A DNA stretch of 64,000 nucleotides from Candidatus Bathyarchaeia archaeon. Lineage in GTDB: Archaea > Thermoproteota > Bathyarchaeia > Bathyarchaeales > Bathycorpusculaceae. The notes below the pieces were generated by a model that worked only from the letters and a program-made list of their open reading frames with translations, was not told the origin of the DNA and made no database searches. A program made the translations under genes and the position numbers. This document shows positions 23,073 through 33,082 of the stretch, piece by piece. Location of the stretch: NCBI GenBank assembly GCA_050010515.1, contig JBEKKX010000005.1:14698-78697 (forward strand), written 5' to 3'. The number at the start of each line of letters is the position of its first letter. Position 1 is the first letter of the stretch.

Positions 23073-23948
23073 TCACTTTCCCTTATCCTTAGGCATAAGC
23101 CAAGACCCATCGCACGGTGCCGTGTTTAACTCGGGTAAGCCTTCTCTGCAAACACCAAACTTCATATTATTCGCAACCGCCAAGTCACGAACGCTTTTTA
23201 GAAGCCTGAGCCTAAATTCCTTTGGCAAGAGTGTGTTGCCGCCGATTTTTTCGCCCTGCTGAAAATAGAGCGGTTTCAGATTCTCTGCTACTTTAGGCAT
23301 GGCTTGGGCGAATCGCATCCAATTGTCTGGTTTAGCCTTGTAGGTTGAGCATGTTAAATGTTTGACGCCGATGCTTGCTAGTGCCGAGATGAGTTTTCGC
23401 GGTTGGTCGTTTACTAAGGGTATGATTGGGTCTATTCGCACTGAGACGGGTATGCCTTTTTTAGTTAAGTCTTGCGCCGCTCTAAGTCGTTGAGATGGCA
23501 GGGGTGCGTGTGGCTCGATGAGTTTTGCTATGTTATCATCGTCTGTAGTTATGGTTAACGCTACAGTTGATGGAACCTTGCTTAGCAAGTCATCGTCCCT
23601 TACCACAATGTTGCTTTTTGTTATGATTTGTATTTTGCAGTTGCTTTCCGCAAGTATTTCAAGGCACCGTCTTGTCAAGCCGGCGGACGCTTCGGCACGC
23701 GGGTATGGGTCCGATGAGTTGGCTATTGAAATGGTTTCGCCTTTGAGTTTTGCCGCTTCACGCTTAAAAGTTACAAGCAGGTCTTTTTTGGGTCTGCAAT
23801 CGCTGAAGCTTGGGATGTAACTGGAAGCGTAGCAGTAGATACATTGGTGGTCGCATCCAGTGTAAGGGTTAAACGTAAGCTTCGGCGGACAAGTGCACAA
23901 CCCAGAGCGCCATGGGTCAAACCTTGAAATTAACGGCACACATTTCAC
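23073..23948 (-). CDS. SplB-like radical SAM protein
   Basis: NPYTGCDHQCIYCYA, SDPY, ITKS, DPIIP. Confidence 0.85.
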   Translation of the reverse strand: MKCVPLISRFDPWRSGLCTCPPKLTFNPYTGCDHQCIYCYASSYIPSFSDCRPKKDLLVTFKREAAKLKGETISIANSSDPYPRAEASAGLTRRCLEILAESNCKIQIITKSNIVVRDDDLLSKVPSTVALTITTDDDNIAKLIEPHAPLPSQRLRAAQDLTKKGIPVSVRIDPIIPLVNDQPRKLISALASIGVKHLTCSTYKAKPDNWMRFAQAMPKVAENLKPLYFQQGEKIGGNTLLPKEFRLRLLKSVRDLAVANNMKFGVCREGLPELNTAPCDGSWLMPKDKGK

Positions 23949-24068
23949 TTACGGCTATTTATGCAGGTTAGATAGACAAAAAGTATTCGTAATATAAAAG
24001 GAATTTACAGATTAAAATCTTAGTGCAGTTAGAAAGCATTAAATCTTTTAGTATTCAATTATTAGCGC

Positions 24069-25478
24069 ATGAAATCTTTTCTCGTTTGCCTAAAAGAGGA
24101 AAACATGAGCTTATTTACAGATTTTTATGAGTTAACGATGTGCGCAAGCTACTTTGACAACAAAAACTTTGAACCAGCAACCTTTGACTTGTTCATTAGG
24201 CGTTTGCCTGAAAACCGCTCCTACTTCTTATTCGCAGGACTAGAAGAAGCCCTGCAGTACCTGCAAAGCATCAAATTCACAGATGAGCATCTGGCTTACC
24301 TGAAAAAACAGGGGTTCAAAGAGGATTTTCTTGATTATTTGCGCGGTTTCAGGTTTACAGGTGATGTTTGGGCTGTTCCAGAGGGCGCAATCGCTTTTCC
24401 AAATGAACCCTTAATCCGTGTTACAGCGCCGATAATTGAGGCTCAGCTAGTTGAGACTTTCCTGCTTAACACTGTTAACCTGCAAACTATGATAGCTACA
24501 AAAGCCTCGCGGGTAGTGTACGCAGCTAAGGGAAAATCCGTGATTGAGTTCGGCCTGCGAAGAGAACATGGCATTGACGCTGGAATGAAAGTGGCGCGAA
24601 GCAGCTACATCGCTGGGTGCCAAGGCACAAGTAACGTTTTGGCAGGGCAAGTCTATGGCATTCCAGTTTTCGGAACCATGGCGCACTCGTTTATCATGTC
24701 TTATTCAAAAGAGATTGATGCGTTCCGAGCATTCGCTAAAACTTTCCCAAACAAATCCACGCTTCTCATAGACACTTACGATGACATTTCAGGCGCAGAA
24801 AAAGCCGCAGTTGTAGCCAAAGAGCTTGAGGCTAAGGGTTTTAGGCTTGGAGGCGTTCGCTTGGACAGCGGCGATTTGGCGCAAACCAGCAAAAAAGTCA
24901 GAAAAATCCTTGACGACCAAGGCTTGGAATATATGAAGATTTTTGCCAGCGGCGACTTGGATGAATTCAAAATAGAAGAACTGCTAAGCAAAGGCGCACG
25001 AATAGACTCGTTTGGGGTAGGGACTAAAATGGGTACTTCAGCGGATAGACCTTATTTGGATGTAATTTACAAACTCTGCGAAACCATGACGGCTGACGGC
25101 AGCTTTTCGCCTATAATGAAGTTAAGCAAGGATAAAATTACTTTGCCAGGACGAAAACAAGTTTACCGCTTCATGGACGCGGCGGGAAATTTTGAAAAAG
25201 ACACCATTGCCTTGGCTGATGAGAAAGTGGAGGGCGAACCGTTGCTTGTTAAAGTCATGGAAAAGGGCAAATTAATCTACAAGCTTCCGTCGCTTGGTAA
25301 CATTCGAGCCACGGCTGCAGGGAATCTGTCTAAACTTCCAGAGGAGTATAAGGCGTTAACGGGTGCGTCTGTTTATCCAGTTGAGTTAAGCAGAAACTTG
25401 CTGAACCTGGTTAAAACTTTAAAGCGTCAGTTAACTGTAAACGAGATAAACCGTGGAGTTTCTGGCATTCACGTTTAA
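24069..25478 (+). CDS. pncB: Nicotinate phosphoribosyltransferase
   Basis: TDFYELTM, EFGLRR, GTMAHS, LIDTYD, VRLDSGD. Confidence 0.95.
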   Translation: MKSFLVCLKEENMSLFTDFYELTMCASYFDNKNFEPATFDLFIRRLPENRSYFLFAGLEEALQYLQSIKFTDEHLAYLKKQGFKEDFLDYLRGFRFTGDVWAVPEGAIAFPNEPLIRVTAPIIEAQLVETFLLNTVNLQTMIATKASRVVYAAKGKSVIEFGLRREHGIDAGMKVARSSYIAGCQGTSNVLAGQVYGIPVFGTMAHSFIMSYSKEIDAFRAFAKTFPNKSTLLIDTYDDISGAEKAAVVAKELEAKGFRLGGVRLDSGDLAQTSKKVRKILDDQGLEYMKIFASGDLDEFKIEELLSKGARIDSFGVGTKMGTSADRPYLDVIYKLCETMTADGSFSPIMKLSKDKITLPGRKQVYRFMDAAGNFEKDTIALADEKVEGEPLLVKVMEKGKLIYKLPSLGNIRATAAGNLSKLPEEYKALTGASVYPVELSRNLLNLVKTLKRQLTVNEINRGVSGIHV

Positions 25479-25648
25479 CTTTTCTTATGTTTCTTGTTGA
25501 TTCTCTTTTTATATTCGCCACAATAACTGTTTCCTCCTTCCCAGCATTGTGGGGTAACTTTATCACATTCTTTCAGATACTCGCACTTATAGAAAACCGC
25601 GTCAATTCTTTCTTGAAGACCAGTAAATCCTTCCTTTACTCTTCCCAC
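25475..25648 (-). CDS. Small 4-Cys hypothetical protein (57 aa)
   Basis: GTG start; MGRVKEGFTGLQERIDAVFYKCEYLKECDKVTPQCWEGGNSYCGEYKKRINKKHKKS*. Fills the gap between pncB and the thiolase gene. Confidence 0.5.
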   Translation of the reverse strand: MGRVKEGFTGLQERIDAVFYKCEYLKECDKVTPQCWEGGNSYCGEYKKRINKKHKKS

Positions 25649-25778
25649 GTAAAACGCCTGATGAAATTATTAATCAATCCATATGTTAGTTAGTCCCTTA
25701 TTTCGTGTGAAATATGGCAAACCCTTAATAGTCTTTTCAGAAAAGGATAATTGCTGTTCAAAAGGGGAAGAAGGTAAT

Positions 25779-26990
25779 ATGCAAAATCGCCCAGCCATAG
25801 TTGCTGTTGGCAGAACCAAGTTTGGGGAGCATTACGGCAAAGAACCAGAAAAACTAATTGAGGAAGCTTGGCTTGCCGCTTCAAACGAATGCAACATAGA
25901 ACGCAAGGACCTAGAAGCCTGTTACATGTCAGATTGTTTTCTTCCAATCACAAATAAACTAGGCTTAGAAGAAGGCTTTCTGTCAGAACTCACCGAACTT
26001 CACGTGCCCATGGAAGTAACCCGCTCTTTCAGCGCTGCATTGTTAACCGCTTGTCACGCAATTCAGGCTGGAGTTTACAGCACGGTTCTTGTTGGTGGCA
26101 TAGAAAAAATGACTGACCGCTGGGACAAAATACGTGATGACCTCATGCTTTTGGAAGACCCGTGGAGCTACTATGCAGGTGGGACTCCGGAAGCAAATCA
26201 TGAGCTTATGCTTAGAGCTTACATAAAAAAGCACAATATAACCGGCGAAAATCTTGACAAACTCAACATCGCTCTAGCTCAGGTGTCAGTTAAAAACCAT
26301 GCGAACGCAGCCAAAAACAAGTATGCTCAGTTCCAAAGAAAAATCACTGTTGACCAAGTCTTAAACGCGCGGAAAGCAGCGCATAAATCCTTGGGGCTCT
26401 ATGATTTTGCCCCAATTTCTGACGGCGCATCAGCCTTGATTCTTGCAAGCGAGGCAGTTGCCAAAAAGTTGAGTGCCAATCCAGTTTACGTTTTGGGCTG
26501 CACTTCAGCTACTGATTACCTGAATTATTCAGCAAGAGAAGACCTGTCCCATTTTGCCGCGACTGAAATTGCCATGAAGAATGCTTCTCAAATGGCTAAA
26601 ACAGCTTTGTCTGACATGCAGGTTATCGAAGTAAACGACCAGTCAACCATGATGGAGCTTGTTTCCCTTGAAGATTTAGGCTTTTGCGAACCGGGAACAG
26701 CTTGGAAGAGCATATATGAAAGCTACCAAAATAACCAAAACTGCTACGAAATAAAGGGTAGGCAACTTTTCGTTAATACGGATGGCGGGTTAAAGGCAGA
26801 TGGAAACCCGTTAGGCGCCACTGGCGGGGCACAAATTTTTGAGATTTACCGCCAGTTAAGAGGTGAGGCTGGCGAACGCCAAGTTTACGTTGATAAAGGT
26901 TCACCGAAGAATGGTTGTGTGTTAGAGTTTGAGGGCTTTGGAACTAAAGCTTACGTTAGTATTCTAGGAGAGAAGAAAGATGAGCAGTGA
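25779..26990 (+). CDS. Thiolase-fold protein lacking canonical catalytic residues
   Basis: GRTKFG, GGIEKM, KNH.NA, PISDGASA and GATG..Q are conserved. There is no ACASG Cys, and EVHD reads EVND, GHP reads GNP. Confidence 0.85.
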   Translation: MQNRPAIVAVGRTKFGEHYGKEPEKLIEEAWLAASNECNIERKDLEACYMSDCFLPITNKLGLEEGFLSELTELHVPMEVTRSFSAALLTACHAIQAGVYSTVLVGGIEKMTDRWDKIRDDLMLLEDPWSYYAGGTPEANHELMLRAYIKKHNITGENLDKLNIALAQVSVKNHANAAKNKYAQFQRKITVDQVLNARKAAHKSLGLYDFAPISDGASALILASEAVAKKLSANPVYVLGCTSATDYLNYSAREDLSHFAATEIAMKNASQMAKTALSDMQVIEVNDQSTMMELVSLEDLGFCEPGTAWKSIYESYQNNQNCYEIKGRQLFVNTDGGLKADGNPLGATGGAQIFEIYRQLRGEAGERQVYVDKGSPKNGCVLEFEGFGTKAYVSILGEKKDEQ

Positions 26991-28488
26991 ACCGATAGAG
27001 CGACGGGTTTCTTATTTAGGTGACAGGTTACGAGCAAGCCGCTGTCAAAGTTGCGGCAAAGAATACTTTGAAGTCAGAGACTACTGTAGCAACTGTGGCA
27101 GAAAAAGCTTCGGAAAAATGGATAATATAGACCTGTTTTACGATAAAGGCAAACTTGAATTATGCACATTCATCAATGAACCCACAAACAAGTTCACTAA
27201 ACTCTCCAGCTTCGTTTATGGAATTATTTCTTTTCATGATGGTAAAATCCGCGTTCCAGGAAGGCTAACTGACCAGTTGATAACTGATGATGACGATGTT
27301 GATTTTTCAAGCCTTGAGGGAAGAGAAGTGGTTCCGCGTTTTAGAAGACGCTATTCAGTCGGCCAAAGCGACATGATTCCAACAATATCTTTGGCTTTCA
27401 CGTTAGCCGACGAGTACTATCCGCACCAAGAGTACAGCGTACTCACGCCAAACAAAGAATACGACATCCCTGGAGTAATAGGTTACGGCGTTTACACTTC
27501 AAGATTTCGAATAAAAGAAAGCGGACTCGAACGTGCTGTTCCATTCATCGACGAAGATGCAGTAACAGCCTCAGTAGAGGCTGGGAAACTAGCGCTGATT
27601 CATTCAGGTGTTGACAGCAGGCTGGTTGGCAAAGTTTATGTTGGCTCAGAATCCAACCCGTACGCAGTTAAGCCAATCGCCTCAAAGGTAGCTCAAGTTC
27701 TCAAACTTGGCGAAGAAGACGGCGACATTCAAGGCGTTGATGCAGTGGACACGGAGTTTGCTTGTAAAGCGGCTACAAGCATGTTTAAAGACGCAGCCTC
27801 CCTTGTTAGCTACCCACGGTCAGATATAAAATACGCCATGGTTATTGGCGCAGATAACGCTCAAGCAGCACCCAGAGGTTGCCTTGGCGGTGAACTGGAT
27901 ACGTTTGTTGGGTACGGCGGCGCCGCGTTTATTTTCGGAAAACATGATGTTATCGCTGAAGTTGAAGGATGGTACTCATGCACGTCTGATACGCCCGATT
28001 TTTGGCGCAGAGACGGCGAGCCTTTTCCGATGCATGGTGGACGATTCACCGGTGACCCAGCTTATTTCAAGCATGTCCGCAAAGCAACATGTAAACTTAT
28101 GGAACGCTTTAACCTGAAGGCAAGTGATTTGAACTATTTTGTGGCGCATCAGCCTAACCCCCAGTTCCCAGTTAAGATAGCAAAGGAGCTTGGTTTTAGG
28201 GATGAGCAGTATTTGCCTTCGCTTCAAATTAACAAGTTCGGCAACACTTATTCCGGTTGCTCGCCTGTGGGTTTAGCTGCAGTATTAGACATTGCAGAAC
28301 CTGAAGAGCGTATCTTAGTTGCAAGTTACGGTTCAGGTGCGGGAAGCGACGCGTATTTGCTTAGAACCACAAGCCAACTTGTTGATAAGCGAAAGCGCCA
28401 AAAAGTTAATGTTAAATTCCAAGCTGAAAACCCGTTTATACAATATGTGGATTATACAACTTATCGTCGGCTTAAACTTGGGATGTAA
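26980..28488 (+). CDS. DUF35 (Zn-ribbon/OB) fused to HMG-CoA synthase
   Basis: N-terminal CQSCG...CSNCG zinc ribbon plus OB region. C-terminal ESNPYAVKP, FACKA, HQPN, GNTYSG and SYGSGAGSD. Confidence 0.92.
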   Translation: MSSEPIERRVSYLGDRLRASRCQSCGKEYFEVRDYCSNCGRKSFGKMDNIDLFYDKGKLELCTFINEPTNKFTKLSSFVYGIISFHDGKIRVPGRLTDQLITDDDDVDFSSLEGREVVPRFRRRYSVGQSDMIPTISLAFTLADEYYPHQEYSVLTPNKEYDIPGVIGYGVYTSRFRIKESGLERAVPFIDEDAVTASVEAGKLALIHSGVDSRLVGKVYVGSESNPYAVKPIASKVAQVLKLGEEDGDIQGVDAVDTEFACKAATSMFKDAASLVSYPRSDIKYAMVIGADNAQAAPRGCLGGELDTFVGYGGAAFIFGKHDVIAEVEGWYSCTSDTPDFWRRDGEPFPMHGGRFTGDPAYFKHVRKATCKLMERFNLKASDLNYFVAHQPNPQFPVKIAKELGFRDEQYLPSLQINKFGNTYSGCSPVGLAAVLDIAEPEERILVASYGSGAGSDAYLLRTTSQLVDKRKRQKVNVKFQAENPFIQYVDYTTYRRLKLGM

Positions 28489-28559
28489 CAAATACTTTAA
28501 TTTGCCTTTCTGCCGAGTCACATATTACGCTTTTTAGGTTTGTTTGGTTGTTCATTTAC

Positions 28560-28775
28560 TCAAATCTCCTCTGGAAACATCGGGTCGCCGAATTCCATCA
28601 GTCCATCGCCTTCGCTGTCTTCTTGCGCGGATTCTCTGCTTTCCCGTTCTAACTCTTCAGCTTCGAGAAGTTCTTTTTCAGTTGGTTTCTTAAAGTTTTC
28701 GCCATTCAGCCATTTTCTGAATCTTTGAGCTAAAGTCGGTTTAGGCTTTTGTGTTTCTGTCATGCGCATCATCAT
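28560..28775 (-). CDS. Small hypothetical protein of the element
   Basis: 71-aa ORF, basic N-terminal half and acidic C-terminal half, TATA-like sequence upstream. Confidence 0.5.
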   Translation of the reverse strand: MMMRMTETQKPKPTLAQRFRKWLNGENFKKPTEKELLEAEELERESRESAQEDSEGDGLMEFGDPMFPEEI

Positions 28776-29627
28776 TTATCTTTATAGCAATGGCAAACGG
28801 CTATATAAATCTGCCTCAAATTAGCCTTGAATCCAGTTTTTAACCTAATTGCACAACAGAAATACAAAAACAAGCCCAAAACAAGCCCAAGTGCCACATA
28901 CCCTCAAATTTGGGGAAAATTTGATTTTAGCCACGGATTTTTTAGTGTTTCCTAAACCGTTTACCGCAATCCCTACATTGCCCTTCTTTGCATAGGGTCG
29001 GCGAAATTCGATTTAATTTGAAAGAGGACAGACTCTCAAACCTTTCAGTTTTCCAATGGCTCAGGTGGCTCGGGAGTTGAAGAAAACAAGGTACATAGCC
29101 CGCTTTTCTGCTGAAATTTGATTTTTCTGCTTTCAATTCTCAAATCTTCAGTACGGTTGATTAAAAATCGCAAGGCAGTATTTTTTATCGAACCTTCAAG
29201 GTTTGAGGGTATGTCACTATTTAGCTTGTTCTGGGTCTAGTCTGGATTCATTAACAGTTTTTGCTATAGGTATGTGGTACAAGCGCGGGCTTACACTTTT
29301 TGTTATGTGTGTATCGCGGGGTGTGTGTGCGGGGGCGGGGGCTTATGCTAAAGCGAGACTTTGACTATTCCCCCCTTTTTAACCCCCCTTCCCCATTTCC
29401 CTAACCTAATCTAATCTAACCAGTTGAATAACTAACTTACTCTTACTCTCAACTGCTCTAAAAAAGATGGGGTGTGTTGACTTGGGGTTTGCCCGCGTAG
29501 TGCGGGGTGTGGATAGAGGGGGTTTGGGGCTTTGTGAATTTGAGCATGGGGTTTCTCGGCGAAGGTTTATATGGGAGTCGTGTGTCGTGTGTATTCAGAT
29601 AAAGTAAATAAGAAAATGGTGAAATAA

Positions 29628-30257
29628 ATGGTTGGAAGTAAAACCTCTGGGAACCCGTATAGCATACCGATAAACTACGATAGGGAAATAGGTGAACCCA
29701 TCATTTTTATAATTCGGAAAAAGGGGTTTGGCAAAGGCACTTATGCGGGTATGGTTCTTATGCAGAATTTGAAGGATGAAATCTTTGCATATTGGAAAGA
29801 TAAAGGTGAAGACCCTCAAGTTCTCTGGGATAAGTGGTTTCCTAAATGGTCAATGATGGAAGCTGAACAGAAAGAGATGAGAAACAAGGAAGCAAAGGAA
29901 GCGCATAACTTATTAGTGAATCAATATGTAGGTTTAGGCGAACTAAAGGAAAATGCGGAAAACTTGGCGTCTTTGTTTCCTGATAGTAACCCGTTAGATG
30001 TTCTCAGGGGAAAAAACTATAATACCCAGAACAAACCGATTGAGCAAAAATTAGAGACGATTGAGAATAAACAAGAAAAAACAGAACATCAAAAAGCTCT
30101 TATGAACGAGAAACAGAGTCTTGAAACAACTTTAAAGCAGTATGAGAGAACCCCAGAGTTTAGAGTTAGATTGCACAGAATTGCAGAAATCGAAAGAGAA
30201 CTAAGTGAAGAACAACCACAACAGCAAGCAGAGCAACAGCAACAACCGCATCCATAA
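29628..30257 (+). CDS. Hypothetical coiled-coil protein
   Basis: 209 aa, GGTGA RBS and TTTATA promoter upstream, Q-rich tail. Confidence 0.7.
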   Translation: MVGSKTSGNPYSIPINYDREIGEPIIFIIRKKGFGKGTYAGMVLMQNLKDEIFAYWKDKGEDPQVLWDKWFPKWSMMEAEQKEMRNKEAKEAHNLLVNQYVGLGELKENAENLASLFPDSNPLDVLRGKNYNTQNKPIEQKLETIENKQEKTEHQKALMNEKQSLETTLKQYERTPEFRVRLHRIAEIERELSEEQPQQQAEQQQQPHP

Positions 30258-30280
30258 GTTTCTTTTTTTAGCAGTTGGCA

Positions 30281-30310
30281 AAGTCTTAAATTCGCATAGC
30301 ACTAAATAAT
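30281..30310 (+). promoter_or_regulatory. Cassette-head promoter motif, copy A
   Basis: AAGTCTTAAATTCGCATAGCACTAAATAAT upstream of ATG 30332. Confidence 0.6.
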
Positions 30311-30331
30311 TAAAAATGGGAACGGTAGGCT

Positions 30332-30865
30332 ATGGATAAAGAGGAAATTTTGTATTATGCAAATAGATATGATAAAGATTATTTAGAAAAGTGGATGCGA
30401 ACAGAACGAGAGTTGGGTGATAAATTTCGAAAAACAAAAGAAGTAACAAAAGAGGATTTGGTTAAAATAGTGTGGTGGAAATTTGAAGGGTTGAAGGGTC
30501 GAAGGGATAGAATACTGAAATATGTTGAGAAAGATAGTGATGAGGAAGTATGTGCGTGTTCTCAGGTTTTTAATCTTACTACCCGTGAAGATTCATTTAG
30601 GATAGGCGTTCTTGACAATCTTCAAGGTGTTGGTCCAGCTTTAGCAAGTGTTGTTTTAACGTTCTATGACCCTAAAAACTATGGTGTGTTTGACATCCAC
30701 GTTTGGAGAGAATTCTTTGGGAAAGAGCCTAAGAACCTCTTTGGAAGTAGCCGTTATTACATTACACTTCTCTCTGAACTTAGAACGATAGGAAACAAAT
30801 ATGGCTTAAATGCAAGGACTGTAGAAAAAGCCTATTTTAAGAGAAACTATGAAAATTCAAAATAA
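30332..30865 (+). CDS. HhH-motif (HhH-GPD-like) protein
   Basis: LQGVGPALASVVL...YGVFDIHVWR. Confidence 0.7.
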   Translation: MDKEEILYYANRYDKDYLEKWMRTERELGDKFRKTKEVTKEDLVKIVWWKFEGLKGRRDRILKYVEKDSDEEVCACSQVFNLTTREDSFRIGVLDNLQGVGPALASVVLTFYDPKNYGVFDIHVWREFFGKEPKNLFGSSRYYITLLSELRTIGNKYGLNARTVEKAYFKRNYENSK

Positions 30866-30900
30866 ACAACATTCAATATACCAATTGGGTTTTCGTGGAT

Positions 30901-30930
30901 AAGTCTTAAATCTGCACAACGTAGAAATAG
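30901..30930 (+). promoter_or_regulatory. Cassette-head promoter motif, copy B
   Basis: AAGTCTTAAATCTGCACAACGTAGAAATAG; ATG 6 nt later. Confidence 0.85.
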
Positions 30931-30936
30931 CATAAC

Positions 30937-31428
30937 ATGACAGAAAAAGTTGCTAAAGAGTTTAAAGGCAATGTTGGCATTTTTCTTGTAGCATCAAAAC
31001 TCTCAGCAATGAATATTATCGCCTTAACAACTTCAAGAAATACTAAAGGTTACGATATCGTAGCTCTTAATCCTGAGACCAATAAAGGTAAAGGAATACA
31101 AGTTAAATGTGCTGATGTTCTATCCAATAAGAAAGAAGATTTCCCAGTAGTTAGTGCATTATTCAGAACTATGCATGAAGAACTTTGCAAAAAAATTATT
31201 TGCGATTTTGTGTTTGTTGATATCTCTAATATTGAACAACCAAAATTTTTCATACTTTCAAAAGATGAAGTAATTAATATCATAGAAACAAACACTAAAG
31301 TATGGTTAGCAAGGAAACACAGAAAACCACCTGAAGAAAGCAACAAGAAAATACTTCATACAATCAAACGGTCAGAGATAGAGAAATATGAGAATAATTG
31401 GAATCAAATTCTGCAAGATTTATTATAG
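30937..31428 (+). CDS. PD-(D/E)XK-type nuclease
   Basis: G.FLVA..L, RNTKGYDIVA, IQVK motif. Confidence 0.75.
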   Translation: MTEKVAKEFKGNVGIFLVASKLSAMNIIALTTSRNTKGYDIVALNPETNKGKGIQVKCADVLSNKKEDFPVVSALFRTMHEELCKKIICDFVFVDISNIEQPKFFILSKDEVINIIETNTKVWLARKHRKPPEESNKKILHTIKRSEIEKYENNWNQILQDLL

Positions 31429-31677
31429 CTATATTGTATAATCTTTAGGTGTTTTTTTTGGATAAAGATTTTTTAGCAGGTCATAAACCAAATTGCCTAA
31501 TATTATCGCTATAAACAAGAAAAATCCACTCCACCAATCTATTTGATACCTGTTTGAAATGTGTGATACTCCTAAAAAGTTAATCGCAAGAATGCTAAAC
31601 ACAACTATAGCAGAGATACAAACTGCAAAATATAGAAATTTAGTGATTTTGGATGCTGTGTTCTTTTTTGAGTTCAT
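31429..31677 (-). CDS. Small two-TM membrane protein
   Basis: Two hydrophobic segments; diverged cassette head (copy C) at 31689-31719 on the minus strand. Confidence 0.6.
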   Translation of the reverse strand: MNSKKNTASKITKFLYFAVCISAIVVFSILAINFLGVSHISNRYQIDWWSGFFLFIAIILGNLVYDLLKNLYPKKTPKDYTI

Positions 31678-31846
31678 ATCTAACTATTCTATTTACATTG
31701 GTGTGGGGTTTTAAGGCTTTTGTGATGGGTTGGTTATACCCTACCCCTTTGTATTTTTGACTTTTTGTCGGTTTATGGCTTTTTAATCAACTGTTTAATC
31801 AGCGAAAAACATAAAAAGAATTAAAGAAAAGAAGGGGAAAAGGGGT

Positions 31847-33082
31847 TTAGAAGTCTACTTTTTCGGGTCTTTTGCGTTCCTTTTCCTCTTTCAGTTTTTG
31901 CTGTTCCTCAAAAGTAGCTTTTAATTGGTTAAAGTCTGTGAGCATTTTGTTTATACTTAAACCGTTATCAAGGCATCGCTGTTCAAGTAACGTGATTCTT
32001 TTCTCCTTTTGCTCCAGAACTTTTTCCAATTCTGTTTTCTGTTGGTTTAGTTCTGCTTTAAGTTCTCCTGTTGTTTCTGGAATCAGATAAGGCAAACACA
32101 TCTTAAACAGCGTTAGATAATCTGAGTCGGGATGATTCGCATATGTTGCTTCTATTCCGCTTGGCTTATGAGAGGTTAAGGGTTTAGCTAAGTTAATGTT
32201 GGCTTTTATCTGTGGCTTTTCAAGAACTGTGCTTATTACGTCTCGAAAATCGTGAGGCGAAAAGTGTTTTTTAATATCGTCTCCAAAAGCAACTATTGAA
32301 GCATTTAGGAATATTGCGTTAAACTGCCTTAATGCACCACCAACAACCGAACCGTAAGGATTGCTATAATAACACATGAACAGCGGCGAATCCTCATCAT
32401 AGCTGATTTCTCTTTCTTTGAGTTCTTTTTTGTAGTCTTCAAATTTTTCATTCGCATAACTATGTAGAAAACCGATATGTTTAGTTCCTTTGTACTTGCC
32501 TTTTCCGTGACCTTTCAGCCTTGCCGACTCAATACTTATCCAATACGGAACTTCTTTATCATCTAAGGGTTTTAGGTCTCTCATTTTTAGCGTTCTTAAT
32601 GTTCCTTTTCGAACAGGGCAACTTTCAAGAAACCAAACTAAAAATTTGTCTCTTCTGCACGTCATAGCATTTTCAAGTTTTACGCAATCATCAACGCTTG
32701 GAGTTCTCTTTTTAGCTTCAGGAACTTCTATGTTCTCTCCGACATCTTTAGCTAAGTCTCTGCCTCTTGTAGATGAGTAAAAACTCTTAACCGCTGTTAA
32801 AACTCCCAATTGTACGCTTGGAGTTAAACCGCTATTATCCAGATAGTTCTCTAATAATTCCTCTGCTTGGAATTCTTTTTCTGTTGCTGGATTCTGTAGA
32901 CCTTCAAGTTTTAACGCAATCAATTCATCGGGATTCTTTTTAGCCCAATCGCAATAGTGTTTAAGTTTTCTGGTATACTCTGTTTCTGTGTCACCGCTAT
33001 TCTTTAATTTCTTATTGTAAAAGTTTTGACCGCTAACGAAACTTAATAGCCAAGTCTTATTATCGTCTGTCATTCGACTCAA
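31847..33082 (-). CDS. Tyrosine recombinase/integrase
   Basis: Catalytic R (PVRKG), K (RLKG), HxxR (PHDFR), H (TSHK) and Y (ATYA); C-terminal coiled coil. Confidence 0.88.
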   Translation of the reverse strand: MSRMTDDNKTWLLSFVSGQNFYNKKLKNSGDTETEYTRKLKHYCDWAKKNPDELIALKLEGLQNPATEKEFQAEELLENYLDNSGLTPSVQLGVLTAVKSFYSSTRGRDLAKDVGENIEVPEAKKRTPSVDDCVKLENAMTCRRDKFLVWFLESCPVRKGTLRTLKMRDLKPLDDKEVPYWISIESARLKGHGKGKYKGTKHIGFLHSYANEKFEDYKKELKEREISYDEDSPLFMCYYSNPYGSVVGGALRQFNAIFLNASIVAFGDDIKKHFSPHDFRDVISTVLEKPQIKANINLAKPLTSHKPSGIEATYANHPDSDYLTLFKMCLPYLIPETTGELKAELNQQKTELEKVLEQKEKRITLLEQRCLDNGLSINKMLTDFNQLKATFEEQQKLKEEKERKRPEKVDF

